Assembly: GCF_018350175.1 (NCBI RefSeq)
Contig: NC_058368.1
Location: 192,822,001-192,886,000, forward strand
DNA: 64,000 nucleotides
Source: Felis catus
Taxonomy: Eukaryota
Direction: 5' to 3'
Shown: one piece after another, positions 12,230-24,020 of the stretch
How the letters are laid out: each line of letters starts with the position of its first letter
How positions within the stretch are numbered: the first letter of the stretch is position 1
Notes under the pieces: model-generated
What the model saw: the letters and a program-made list of their open reading frames with translations, nothing else
Databases searched by the model: none
What the model was told of the DNA's origin: nothing
Program-made: the position numbers and the translations under genes

Positions 12230-12835
12230 TGGTTCTGGTCCTCATCTCGTCCTCCTGAACCACCACGCAAGACTTCAAACACGTCTTCTGGCCTCCACTC
12301 TGCTCTCCAAGATGACAGCTCAGTGAGCTTTTAAAATTGCAAAGCTGAGCTGCTCATTTGGCTGCTTCCTAACTCCCTGCATTGGCTCCCCACGGTCTTT
12401 GGGGTCAAGGTTCAGTTCCTGGGCGGAATGCACCAGTCCCCTGGTGGTTAGCACCCCCATCTTTATCTTATTTCTGGGCTCCTCCCCTGCGCTACACCTA
12501 ATTACTTTGGGGAACACAAAAATGGTGGCTTTTCACACTACCGTGCTCTGTCCCTTGCCAGGAACGCCCGGCCCCCCCATCTGCCTGGGAAATAAGTCCG
12601 CGTTCAACTTCCCAGATGTAGCCCAGAGTTGGGGCCTGCTCAAAGTCTTATTCTCAGGTAAACGTGACTGCCCCTGCGTGTGCCCTCTCCGGCTGCTGCA
12701 CCTGCTCCCCTCACAGCACCTGTGCCACCTTATGGGGTTTATATGTTTTCACATCTGCTGTCCTGCTGACTGCTGGGTTATCACCCTCCCTGGCACAGAG
12801 AAGGTACTCTAAACTTGTTTATTAAATGGATAAAC
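12230..12835 (+). mobile_element. L2 3' fragments
   Basis: cagtgagcttttaaaattgcaaagctga, tggctcccca, terminal cctggcacagagaaggtactct. Confidence 0.6.
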
Positions 12836-13589
12836 ACTGAACTCCCCCAATTTCACCAGTCTGGGCTCACAGAACAAACCTGCTCTGATGTTCCTCAGAG
12901 AAAGCCTTTCAGGGGTTGGAATCCCATCTCATTTTCACAGCGGGGCTAGAATGATTCTCCCTATAAATGTGGCTGTGATTATGCAATGAGGAAAGCAGAC
13001 TTGTGTGAATGATATCTCACAATGTAATCCACCCATCACTGGGTGGCCATTCGGTTCTCAGCATGGGCAAAGCCCTGGGTTTAGGAGGAAACGAGCCTTC
13101 TCATCTCCAACTGGTGTGTAATGTGGCAATGAAAACCAAGAGTTTGTGGTCATGGTCATGGTCTTAGCACTGGGTTGGAGGCTTGGCTTCTGGTTCCTGG
13201 CACTGCCTCTCCCTCGTTGGGTGACCTTGGCAACGTCCTTCCCTGGTTGGGCCCCTGACCCTTGTCTGTGAAACCAGGGTGACGAACTAGAAGCTTTCTA
13301 AGCACCTCTTAGAGCTCAGAGCTCGAAGATGTCAGAAGTTTAAGTGCCATTCATGAGCAGAAAACAGGGATGACTCTCTTGCCTTCTACCCCCACTCTCT
13401 TCTGAGCACTTTGCAGTGCACATGGCAGATAGAGGAGAAATACAGCATTCACTGAGCACATGATGTGACTCTTCTTGTCTCTGTCTGGGTGCTCTTGAAC
13501 ATAGGACTGGGTGCTCTTGGAGGCTTCAGCCCCTTCCCCCATAAACAACTTCTCCTCTCTTTGAGATTCATCCAAAGGAGGCAATATTG

Positions 13590-13830
13590 CAGAGCAGTTA
13601 ATGCACAACCAGAATCAGTCTGCCTGGCTTTGACTCCTGGTTCTTTCATTTAGTGGCCATGTGACCTTGAGCAAACTGTTTAACCACTCTGTGCCTCAGT
13701 TTCTCATCTGTAAAACAGGGACAATAGTAGTTCTACCTTATGGGGTCATTGTGGGGATTAAAATAGTCCCTATAGTTAATTCCCTAAGTAGTGACTGCTA
13801 CAGGGTAAGCACTCAACAGAAATTATTAAG
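13590..13830 (+). mobile_element. MIR
   Basis: tgtgaccttgagcaa, ctctgtgcctcagtttctcatctgtaaaa. Confidence 0.9.
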
Positions 13831-13832
13831 TT

Positions 13833-14166
13833 ATGTTTTCTCAAAGATCCTTTGGGAAAAGAGTACTGCTGTCTAACGGCATTTTAAGAAAGGCACTAAT
13901 TCATTCAAGAGAGTGCAAACCTAATGACCTAATTACCTCCGAAAGGCCCCACCTCCAAATACCATCACATCGGCTCTCTATTTGTGGTGACAACGAGAAA
14001 TCGAAATTGACAGTCTGCAACATGGAAGAGGCCTTCACCAGATCCTGACCGTGCTGGCACCCTGATCCTGGACTTCCAGACTCCAGGGCTGTGAGCAATA
14101 AATTTCTGTTGTTTATAAACCATGCAGTCTGTGGTATTTTGTCAAAGCAGCCCAAACTAAGATGCA
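13833..14166 (+). mobile_element. MLT1A-type MaLR solo LTR with an internally inverted segment
   Basis: 13974-14166 is the sense 3' half (gctggcaccctgatcctggacttccag, aataaatttctgttgttta). ~13860-13973 is the reverse complement of the 5' half. Confidence 0.85.
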
Positions 14167-14184
14167 TAACAACAATAACAAAAA

Positions 14185-14297
14185 ATATGAGTGGATAGAT
14201 ACCAAAATGTGACTGTGGTTATCTCTGGAAGGTCATAATCACTGGGGATTATCTTCTTGTGTTTGTGCTTATCTGTATTTTGTAGCATTCTACAATA
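14185..14297 (+). mobile_element. L1ME-like 3' fragment
   Basis: ataccaaaatgtgactgtggttatctctgg...ttctacaat. Confidence 0.6.
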
Positions 14298-14619
14298 CCC
14301 TTTATCTCCCTCCAAATGTCTCTTTCCACATTCCAGGGGCTCCGGGCTGACGGATCCTGTAGCTCTGCTCCCCAGCTGGGGCCCAGCATTCCAAGGAATG
14401 GCCAAACTCCAAACTCATACTCCTCAGGAATGGGCTGGGGTGGGGTGTCTCCAGAGGGGCCTCATCTAGCTGGCAAGAATACATTCTATCCATGGGCATT
14501 TCCAGAAAGAACCTCAGTCAAAAGTGAAAATGACAGGTATCTGAAACAGACCATCCATCAGACAGAATTCTGTGCGGCTCAGAATCTTGGCAAGGAGCCC
14601 CCTCAAAGTAACACCTCCA

Positions 14620-14825
14620 GCCATTTACTGAGCATTTAAGCTCTGCTCTGCACCAGAGAGCTATGCTAAATGCATTCCAAGCATTATCTTATTTGATCTC
14701 CACAGTCTTGCAAGGCAAGTATTTTTCACCCAAATCATGATGAGGACACTTCAGGCTCTGCCATGTTCTGCCCCAGGTTACAGATCTAGGAAGGAGCTGA
14801 CAGGGAGTCAGCCCCAGGTCTAACC
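14620..14825 (-). mobile_element. MIR
   Basis: catttactgagcattta, cattatcttatttgatctccacag. Confidence 0.65.
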
Positions 14826-15563
14826 CTGTGACACATCACACCGAAACGGCACCTTCTGGGTTTTGTAGACCTCAGTGTACCCGGCCTGGAATTTCCCTTT
14901 TCTCAACCAATCTCTTGTTGACACTTGTGGTTGCTAAATAAGGTTTATAAATAAGCTACCCCCGTGTGACTTTTCCCCAACTTCCCAGCCTGTTCACTGG
15001 CCACAGAACAGAACTGTTGTTTTCAATCAGGGAGCATTTATTAGATGTTGAGTATACACCTTCCATGTACTAGGGAGACTCACACCCAACCGAGGACACA
15101 GACACACACACAAAACCATTGGAAATGGGCCATGTCCTTAAGCATCTCTTTGTAGATCTATAACCGACAGACTGGGACACCCCAAGCTGTATCAAACTGA
15201 CCCTCACTGAGTACTCTGACCTGTAATTAGGGTCTCACTAACACTTCTGTGCTAACTGCTACCATTTACCGGACCCACCACATACCAAGCACTTTACGTA
15301 TTTTCTCTCCTCTAAGGCTTACCATAAACCTGCGAGGTATTCCTCAGGTTTTATAGGTGAGAAAATGTGCTGAGAGTATTGAAGAGACTTGCCCAAGGTC
15401 AGCCAGAACCAGGAACTGCCCTGTAGCATTTATCATTTGAGGGTTATTTTTGTGTCTGTCACCCTATCATCCTGTAGGCCCAGAAGGACAAGGATAACAT
15501 CCTATTCAGGACTGTGTCCCTCACTGACCTAATCCTCTACCTGATATCTAGTTAAGTGTAGGC

Positions 15564-15565
<2 letters not shown>

Positions 15566-15606
<41 letters not shown>
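15566..15606. repeat. (AC)n microsatellite, ~20 units
   Basis: Read directly from the sequence. Confidence 0.97.
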
Positions 15607-15609
<3 letters not shown>

Positions 15610-15629
15610 GAAATACTACTAACTCAGAA

Positions 15630-15850
15630 GGGGGCCTGTGGATTCAGACAGATCTGGGTTTGCATAGCAATTCTGCCATATCCTGAATGTCTCTCCTTTA
15701 AGCACTTAGGTCTTCTCTGACCTTCAGTTTCCACACCTGTTAAATGGGGACTCCAATAAACTTACCTCCCAGGAAGGGTATGGGAAATGACCAGGAGTCT
15801 GGGGTATCAAACTGTGAGTAGAGATCTGACACATAGTAATTGCTTATTAA
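15630..15850 (+). mobile_element. MIR
   Basis: cagacagatctgggttt, cttcagtttccacacctgttaaatgggg, acacatagtaa. Confidence 0.75.
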
Positions 15851-16359
15851 AACACAGACATCTATTACTACAAGGCCAGAAACAGAAGTGCCCAGTTAAT
15901 GGGACATGTGCAGCTGAAGGTGTTCCATTCCCCCAGTGGATTGTGAGCTCCTGGAGGGCAGGGATAGTGCGTTTACATCTGCAACCCCAACACTAGCCAA
16001 ATAAGTGGTGTTCAACAAATGGCTACCACTGATAGAGACCCTTCCTGCCCGGGGTAGTGACTCCAAGCTGTTCACTGAAGGGCAGGTAGGCGGAAGGGAG
16101 GACAGAGAACCTCCTTTGTTGCAGCAGAGGGCTCCTGAGCCAGCCTGGCCTCTAAACTGGGGATGAATAAATAAGTAAATAAATAAAATGGGGATGGAAA
16201 CAGTACCTACCCTGCAGAGTTCCAATGAGGCAGAAATGAAACACCATGGGAAAGCCTTCTGCTCACCTGAGACTGATGAGAAGGGGATGTGACGACACAG
16301 GGAAGAGTGGGCAGTGAGGCTGGGAAGGCCCTGAATGTGGATCAAAGAGAGGCATTAAC

Positions 16360-16570
16360 AGGGAGGGCTCTGAAACCCTACAGTTAGGGGTACAAATTCC
16401 AGCTCTGACATTTACCAGCCTTGAGGATTTCACCTCACTTGAGCCTCAGCGGCCCCCTCTCTACAAAGAGGAAAAGAAGAGAACCTCCCCCAGGAGGCTG
16501 TTGTGAATCAAATAGAAGGTGTGCTGAGCCGCTGGTACATAGTAAGAGCTCAATAAATGGTAGTTTTATT
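16360..16570 (+). mobile_element. MIR
   Basis: aaattccagctctgacatttaccagc, acatagtaagagctcaataaatggtag. Confidence 0.75.
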
Positions 16571-16669
16571 AGGGAGGATACACTTTTTTCTGAAGGTAGA
16601 AGCCCAACCACCTCAGACAATAACAGAGCCAGGGAGGAATTCAGCTTAGTGCAACTAAAATAAAAATAG

Positions 16670-17070
16670 GAGAGCCGGAACCGTTTCCCGAGGATGACTA
16701 TTTATGAGACCAATTTCAGTTTCCCAGCGCTAATGAATCCCCCATGGCAGCCGGCGCGCAGCTCCAGAGTCCGGAGCGCGGGGCCGCGCCCTCCCCGGAG
16801 TTCTGCCAAGCACCGCACACCCTCGCGGTGCTCCCTCTGCGCTTAATAATCACAGCAATAATCCAAATAATGATCGGGGTAAAGTGCAGGGGGAGCCACA
16901 GAGGGTGCAGGTGGGGAGGAATAACACTTCAGCTACTTGGTTTCTTCAAGACAAACTTCTGCCCAAAATAGATTAATTCAATCTGCATATTAATGTGGAT
17001 TACTAATTAGTGACTAAAAAAATGCTTTCAACACAGGGAAAGTGCAATGCAAATGCTTCAAACAATAATA
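16670..17070. promoter_or_regulatory. Candidate conserved enhancer with a small CpG cluster
   Basis: CpG-rich 16675-16850 (ggcgcgc, gagcgcggggccgcgcc), TTTATGA 16701, repeated AATAAT, palindromic ACTAATTAGT 17002-17011. Confidence 0.5.
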
Positions 17071-17464
17071 ACATCCAGGAGTCACAGGGTAAGTATGGAA
17101 AGGAAATAAGGTAGACTCTTCTTTTTTTTTTTTTTTAACATTTAAAATTTTATGGCTGAAGGAAATGGAGGGCATTAGGAAAATTCACTTAAAGCACAAA
17201 AACATAAAAGAGGAAAGCCTGGTGTGAGGGGACTTTGTGCTCCCAGGGAACCTTCTGGCTGCACAGGTCCTATGGACGGCACACCTGCTCTTTTGCCTTG
17301 CCTTCTAGACCCTGACACCCTGAGGGCAGAGCCCACTTCTTACCCACCTCTATATCCCAGGTCACCAACACTGTGCCAGGCACGTCCGGAGTCGTTACTA
17401 CTACGTCATGACCCCCAAATAGAGGGTGGGGTGCACCTGGGGGCTTCTTTCTAGGGAGTGCAGC

Positions 17465-17790
17465 ATGAAAAGGAGTGACTTCACAGTGGAGAAATCTGAC
17501 AAGCGCCACCTCAGCCAGGTGATCAAGGTCCACATCAAAGGGTGAAGTCATGTTAATGGTATGTGCCCTTGATGTAATGCAGCCTGATCTGCGGTCCTTC
17601 CTCCCACAAATCCATAACTCTCATCTAAAAACAGCAGAAAAACATCAGACAAACCCAAAAGCAGATTTCACAAAATACTCAACCTCGAAACTGTCAAGGT
17701 CATCAGAAACAAGCAAACTCTAAGAAACTGTCCCAGCCAAGAGGCACAATTTAGCGTAAGGTGGCATCCTGGACGGATACTGCAGAGGGA
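17465..17790 (+). mobile_element. L1MC4-like 3' fragment
   Basis: acagtggagaaatctgaca, agccaggtgatcaaggtc, aacatcagacaaaccca, ctgtcaaggtcatca. Confidence 0.8.
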
Positions 17791-18539
17791 GAAACGGGTC
17801 TAGGAGGAGAAGGGGCCCGTCTAAGTTCTCACAGGCTCTCCTGGTGGACAGGCTCTCATAACATGCATTACACAGTGACGGAGACAGTGCTCCTTTCTAT
17901 ACACAGTGAATGTCTTGATTTTTTATTTTTATTTTTTACTGCAACTTAGATGCGATTTCCTTCCTCCTCTGAAAACCCTCAACTCTACTGATCAAAACTC
18001 CTGTATGAGTTAGCAGCCAAGCATCTCATGGGAACCAAGAGATTCAACGGGCTAGGAGAATGGTCCTCAGAGCTCAGCAAGACCAAATCCTCCCATTTAG
18101 CAGAGGAGAAACTGAGGCCCAAAGTAGGGGATGGTGTCTCTCCCTCCCACTGCCAGTTTAGTATGTTGGTGCTGTATTTCCCTCACACTTCCCCACTTGC
18201 AATATCCACAATCTGCCCCCACTACCTGGGACACAAAGAACCAGTTTAGGACCACGGAGGAATTCCTGCCAAATCCTAGCTCTGTCTTTGCCAACCTCAT
18301 GGCTGTAAAGGGCATCCGTGTGGAAAACAGTGTGGTATTTAGCTGCACGTCTTTTTGCCCCAGGCCCTTGGCCATTGCCAAGCAGAGAGCCCAGGCCTGG
18401 CAGGCTAAGGCCTGAGACATAAAGACGGCTTCCAAGCGGGGTGTAGGGAAAGGGCACAGCTCAGGCTGGCTGGCAGGCCACGCTTCCCTGTGCAGCCCCA
18501 TCCATCAGCCACCCCGGGGGATCTCATTTTCCAGCTCGG

Positions 18540-18920
18540 CGTAGGGCACATCTTCTAAACGTGACCCTGTTTCTGTTATGAGAATCAAAGTGCTTCAACC
18601 ACGAGATCATAAATACTCAAAAGTGACGGCTAATGGCAGTGGCAGTTTGCAAAATGCCAAATGGCAGCGAGAAGTGGACGCCGTAAATTACAGCCCGACT
18701 CCTCCATTCTCACCGAGGTGTTTTGTGGGGTTTTAGTGATGAGATCCGCTTTCAAGTGGATTTACAGGGGCTCCCTGTGAATTCAGACAGAGCTTTTAAA
18801 AATACTTCTAACAGATGCTAAAAAGAAAACCAGAAGAGCCTACCATTTCAAGCCTAAAATGAGTTTATTAAGAATGTGTTTAATGCATAATGGCCAAAAT
18901 ACGGAAAGTGGCTCATCTGA
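18540..18920. promoter_or_regulatory. Candidate conserved non-coding element
   Basis: No repeat recognised; retained CpGs, GCTAATGG, CGTAAATTA 18682, GGATTTACAG, TTTATTA. Confidence 0.35.
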
Positions 18921-18954
18921 AGATGGATATGTTTAGTGTGAAAATGGTAACAAT

Positions 18955-19195
18955 TATAATAATAGAAGTAATGGCAGCAAAGGCATATAAGGCATATTGG
19001 GTCAGGCACTGGGCTACGCATTTTATACGGATTATCTCACTGAATGCTCTCAATCGGCCCATGCAGGAGGTGCTACTATGACTATCCCTATTTCACACAT
19101 GTGGTAACTCAGGTTCCAAGAGGTCAAGTCATGTGTCCCAGGTCACGCAGCTGGCTGGAGTGACAGACTGGAGATTTCGAGCTCAGGGTCTGGAT
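18955..19195 (-). mobile_element. MIR
   Basis: caggcactgggcta, attatctcactgaatgctc, cccaggtcacgcagct. Confidence 0.8.
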
Positions 19196-19740
19196 GACAC
19201 TCCCAGTCTCCCTCCAGCCAAAGCAGACCCCACATGGTGCACATCAGGGGCTCCCCCCACCTCAGCAGAACGTCACTGTGATTCATGGAAGTCTGTGGAC
19301 GACGTAAATGTCAGCCTGCAGGACCCTGTGTCACCAGCACACCGAACACCAGGACAAACCTTTAGAAAGTACAAGGGCCCTATTATGATGAAACTGTGAA
19401 CTTCCAGGCCTGGCTTTTTAGTCTCAGTTCCTGCATCAATGAAATGAGGGCGATACTACCTTCTGGCTGTTAGGACAATTTGGTGAGATCACATATGTGA
19501 AAAGCTCCTTGAAAAGCCCTAGGCACTGTACAAGTCGTGCTATTAGAGAAGATACTAGATCAACTTTATCAGGAAGCGTGCTAACACGCATTCCCTCATG
19601 TCCCCTTCACAGAGGCAGAGACTGAGATTCAGGAGAGATTAAGTAACTTGCTCAGGGTCCCAGAACTGACAGTCAATGGCAGAGCCATGACAGAGGGCCT
19701 AGAGGGCCATGTGTTCTCCTTGTTCTCAATTCCATTTTCA

Positions 19741-19741
<1 letters not shown>

Positions 19742-19789
<48 letters not shown>
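19742..19789. repeat. (AC)24 microsatellite followed by (CACT)n
   Basis: Read directly from the sequence. Confidence 0.97.
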
Positions 19790-19793
<4 letters not shown>

Positions 19794-20314
19794 TCACTCA
19801 CTGGGGCTGCAGAAAACACGGGCTGAGAACTCCTAGGGAGATCACTCTCAAAGGTCCCTCTAGCACTGAAGCTGAAAGCAGTGTTTATGTCTGCAGGTGG
19901 CAGGGAAAGACCGCAGAGAGGGTGGCTTCAGAGGACAAGTGACCTCGTGGTCTCAGAAAGAGCCCCATCTGCGCTGCCCTGAGCACAGTGTTTACAGCTG
20001 CTGCTGTGACCAGTGACCTGCAGGCAGAACCTTGCAGGCTCACTCAGACCACGAGGTTCCCCCACTTAATGCTCATTTGCTTCATCTGCAGCTGGTGGGG
20101 ACATTACTGAGGAGCGACAGGCAGGCCTGTGCTAGGCTGTGAAGCTGCCACTGCCAGCTGCCTAAGGAAATGTCTCCAGGTTCTGTGTCCTTCCACGGAT
20201 TTCTTTCCTTGGGGAACTGTCCCACTTTTTCACAAAATGCTATGCAGCAGACCATTTCCTTCAGGTCCCGTTTCCTCTGTTTTGTGAATTCTGTAAAGTT
20301 GTCAAAGGGAAAGT

Positions 20315-20520
20315 TACAGAATCATAGACTGCCAGGGCTCAGCAGATCTCAGAGATGAAAAGTTGTCTACTCCAACCTTCTACCCTCCCCCCACCCCTTC
20401 CTCCCTGCAGGCACTTAGGTCCCTTCTAGAGTATTTCTGCCAAAGGGTCAGCCAGCCTCTGCTTGAATATCTCCAAGGACGGAGAACTCACTACCTATCC
20501 TGAGGTGGCTTGTTCCATAT
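20315..20520 (-). mobile_element. L3/CR1 3' fragment
   Basis: agaatcataga, ccagcctctgcttgaatatctccaaggacggagaactcactacc. Confidence 0.7.
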
Positions 20521-20569
20521 TCTATCATCAGAGTAAGATAGCGAGAGGTGAACAGCATGGACCCTGACC

Positions 20570-20745
20570 AGAACTGATGACCTATCTTTGTAAGGCCCAG
20601 TGCCAAATGAAACCTCAGGGATCCTCGTTCAAAACTGATTTAAGAATTTTAAGATGACAAGAGTAGAGCAATCAACCTAATGCAAGGCCTTTCTGAGCAT
20701 GCGACCCTGAGGAACTGCCCTGGTTGCAGCCCGTGTGGCCTGATT
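20570..20745 (-). mobile_element. MER45A-like hAT-Tip100 MITE
   Basis: ggcccagtgccaaatgaaa..gttcaaaa..ttaagaattttaagatga..agagca. Confidence 0.7.
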
Positions 20746-21334
20746 CTGATGGTAAACCCCGTGGGATTAGATCCCACTTGTTAACCAGAACTAGCCTCAT
20801 GTGTAAGATGGAGGTAATAATCTCTCTTTCATAAATTTGTCTCTGAGGATTACATGAGTCACTACATGAAATGCTTAGAGCAACGCCTGACATAGAGCAA
20901 ATGAATCTTTTTTCTGCCCATGCCACGCACTACCTGGAGAAAAAGAAGTACACACAGCAATCTCTGTGTCAGCCCTTTTGACACCTGCAGGTGGCTCTTA
21001 CGGCCTCGTATGCCTTCCGTCCACGCGGAGCAAAGCTGCTGGCTCCTGCTACCACTGCCAGCCACTAAGGCCACAGGTGGGAAAAGTCACACCCACCACC
21101 AAGGGCAGATTCAGTTCTGTGGGACCTGCTGTTTGCACTGGGGGTGAGGGTAAGAAGAGGCCTGTTAAGAAAAAGATGAAAAGGCATGCACACAATGTAT
21201 TTTTAATATGCTGCCAGATGCAGTCCCAGATCAACTTTCCCACCGGAGGACCCCAAAAATGCCTGGGGTCACCTACCACTCGACCAGAGGAGAAGTCAGG
21301 GTTGAGAGGGACAGAGGTCTTAATTGAGAGTGGT

Positions 21335-21460
21335 TAAGCCATCCTGCATTTGTGCATTTCAAGAGAACATACAAGCACAGGACGTATTGCCAGGGCCCCT
21401 CCTGGGGCCCAGAGCACAAGGCAGAGGCTCTGAAGCTTCATGGTAAAGCCGACGCTGGCC
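21335..21460 (-). mobile_element. Possible MER53-like hAT fragment
   Basis: cagggcccc..ctgaagcttcatggtaaagccg. Confidence 0.4.
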
Positions 21461-22639
21461 ACCACCGCAGCTCATGATGTGTGCTGACTGGTTACATGAA
21501 AAGGAAACTGCCCGAGAAGCTGGTCACAGTTCCAAGTCCTGTGGATTCTAACCCTGTGTGTGTCTCCTCTCCGTCAATCTGCCTGGGCGTCACAGCCTTC
21601 CAGATGGCCGTCCTTCTGGCACTCCTGTCCCCTCCTGGAAAGCCTCTACAGAGCAGCTGCAACAACCCTTGAGGAATGAGAACCTGACCGGGTAAACCCT
21701 CCGACCGCCTCCCATGCCGTGGGGATAAATCCAAACCCATTACCATGGAGCACGTCTTCCTTCCAAGACCAGACACTCTCAGCGCTCAGCCCCTCAGGGG
21801 CCACACTTCAGACGAGCCACAGCCTTGCAGGATGCTCTGCCTGGAATCCTCTCCCCATCCCACACTCCAGCCGCCTAATTCATCCTTGGATATGCGCTTC
21901 AATGGCGCTTCTCCTGAGCTTTCCCTGGATCCCGCAAAACGAAAACGAGTCTGGGTCTGGTACCTGCCACGTGCTCCTACTGCACCCTCTACTTGGCCCA
22001 CGAAAGTACTTCTGTCACCTTCTTGCTGTGACACTGCTTAACAGTCTGTTTCCCAGCCAGGGTGTTAGGGCCGGAGGGCCCAGTCTACACTGTATCCCCG
22101 GGGCTAGTGAGGTATCAGAGGCACGGTAGGTGCCCCACACCACCAAGCGCTGGGGTGGCACTCTGAGGACGGTCCCATCCCAGTGCTGGTCCTGAGTAAC
22201 CCAGGACGAGGCTTCCACCCTGGGGGCCAGACACCAGAGCCTGTGCTCTGCCAGGGGCACCAGCAGCGTGCCCGCCCGCGCTTGCAGACACGGCACGGAG
22301 AGGCCGTTCCTTTCTGCCGCCTCCTATGCACAGGAATCTTGCAGGCGCAGCCAGACCTCAGAGCCCTTCATTTATTATTCATTTATTTCCTTGTAATACC
22401 ATCGCTACTGCACTCAAAGGACACGGCCCCGGCACGGGCGTACCCCCTGCAAGCAAACACAGATTCAACTGAATCACAGCAAATCTTGTCTGAAAGTCTC
22501 CAATTATGGACAGCCAAACAAGCCCAGGATGCAAAGAGGCAACCTAGGGTCAAGACGTCCTCTTTCCCATTAGCCATGCTCTTTAAACATCCCAAGCACG
22601 CTCACATTTAACATTGCCTTTTAAAAAAATCTTATTTTA

Positions 22640-22800
22640 GGGCGCCCGGGTGGCTTAGTCGGTTGAGCAACCGATTTCAACTCAGGTCATGACTTTGCAG
22701 TTCATAGGTTTCAGCCCGGTTCTCTCTGCCCCTCCCCGCGTGTGCTCTGTCTGTCTGTCTCTCTCTAAAAAATGAATTTAAAAAGTTTCAAAAACATTTT
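22640..22800 (+). mobile_element. Can-SINE with internal deletion
   Basis: The head jumps from tttcagcccgg directly to the CT region. TSD aatcttatttt at 22628-22638 and 22803-22813. Confidence 0.9.
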
Positions 22801-22809
22801 TTAATCTTA

Positions 22810-22985
22810 TTTTCATCATAATCCTCTGATGGATGGGACTCAGGGTTTATTGTTCATTTTCCAGGTAAGAAAACTGAGGCTCAAAAAGACAGAGTAACTT
22901 GTCCAAGGCTGGAGAACTCCTAAGTGACAGAGCTCATGAGAACCCAGGGGACCATGGGTTCCACGGCCCATGCTCTGTTATACTG
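22810..22985 (-). mobile_element. MIR
   Basis: aagaaaactgaggctca, gtaacttgtccaagg. Confidence 0.8.
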
Positions 22986-23012
22986 TATTCTCCCTTCTAG
23001 ATTCTAAAGATA

Positions 23013-23243
23013 CTTTTTTTTAATGTTTATTCTGTGAGAGAGAGAGAGAAAGAGACAGAGAGAGAGAGCGCGAGCGAGCATGAGCAGGGGAGGGGCAAAG
23101 AGAGGGAGACACAGAATCTGAAGCAGGCTCCAGGCTCCGAGCTGTCAGCACAGAGCCCGATGCGGGGCTCAAACTCACAAACCGCGAAATCATGAACTGA
23201 GCCAAAGTCGGACGCTCAACCGACTGAGCCACCCAGGCGCCCC
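23013..23243 (-). mobile_element. Can-SINE (SINEC)
   Basis: Complete copy. TSD gattctaaagata at 23000-23012 and 23244-23256. Confidence 0.97.
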
Positions 23244-23439
23244 GATTCTAAAGATATTTTTAAGAATGATTTTAAAATCTTGAACATATCTGTAAATTAA
23301 TTTTTATTCCCCGAGACAAACAAGTTTGAAAAATAGGAAGAAAAGCACGAAAGGTAGTTGAGGTTACTCCACACCTTCTGAAGTCAACCATGAGTCTATT
23401 ACAAGTCACAGCACTCCGGCCACAATGCAATCCTTTCTT

Positions 23440-23780
23440 AGTCTTCAAGCAAGCCAGCTCCCTGTGACCTCAAAGCCCCAGTACTTGCTTCCCTTCTGCC
23501 TGAACACCCTTGCCCTGGCTTCTCCCCAGCCTTCAGGTCACAGCCGGACCACCGTTCCTTCACAGAGACTTCCTCAAATCCCCTCCCCTGACTCTCTTAC
23601 ACCAGCCTATTTCTGACAGCACCCATCCTCACTGCCTTATTAACGTGTTTTCTCGTCTGTTTCTTCCACTAGAAGGTAGGCTTCCTGAAGGCAGGGTCTG
23701 GTTTTCTCACCAGTGTATCCCATTCCACAGAACTATGCCTAGCACATACCAGGCACTTAGTGCACTGAATAAAGGAATAA
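23440..23780 (+). mobile_element. L2 3' end
   Basis: ccactagaaggtaggcttcctgaaggcaggg, tgcctagcacatac, tgaataaa. Confidence 0.75.
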
Positions 23781-23849
23781 AGCTTATTTGCATCTGACCA
23801 TTGTCACAGCTCACAGTAACTCATTTAAAAAAAACCAAATTATATACAT

Positions 23850-24020
23850 TAGCCAAGTAACCTTACAATAATCAAATAAATGTAGGACAGGTAACAGCCT
23901 TCTATTTTTATTCAGGATGAAAATAAGAGCCCCAGAGAAAATAAGTGGCTTGCCCGAAGTCACACAGCAAGCAGAGATGCGGCTAGGCCTTGAACTCACC
24001 AATGATTTGGCTTTCTAATA
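23850..24020 (-). mobile_element. MIR
   Basis: aagtggcttgcccgaagtcacacagc. Confidence 0.7.

Noticed and set aside
20982..20993. Palindromic double E-box CACCTGCAGGTG
   Set aside because: A 12 bp palindrome is expected several times by chance in 64 kb.
21002..21161. Possible 160 nt minus-strand exon (acceptor tttttcttaacag, donor cc/gtaaga)
   Set aside because: The donor is modest and no peptide is recognisable; such pairs are common by chance in long introns.
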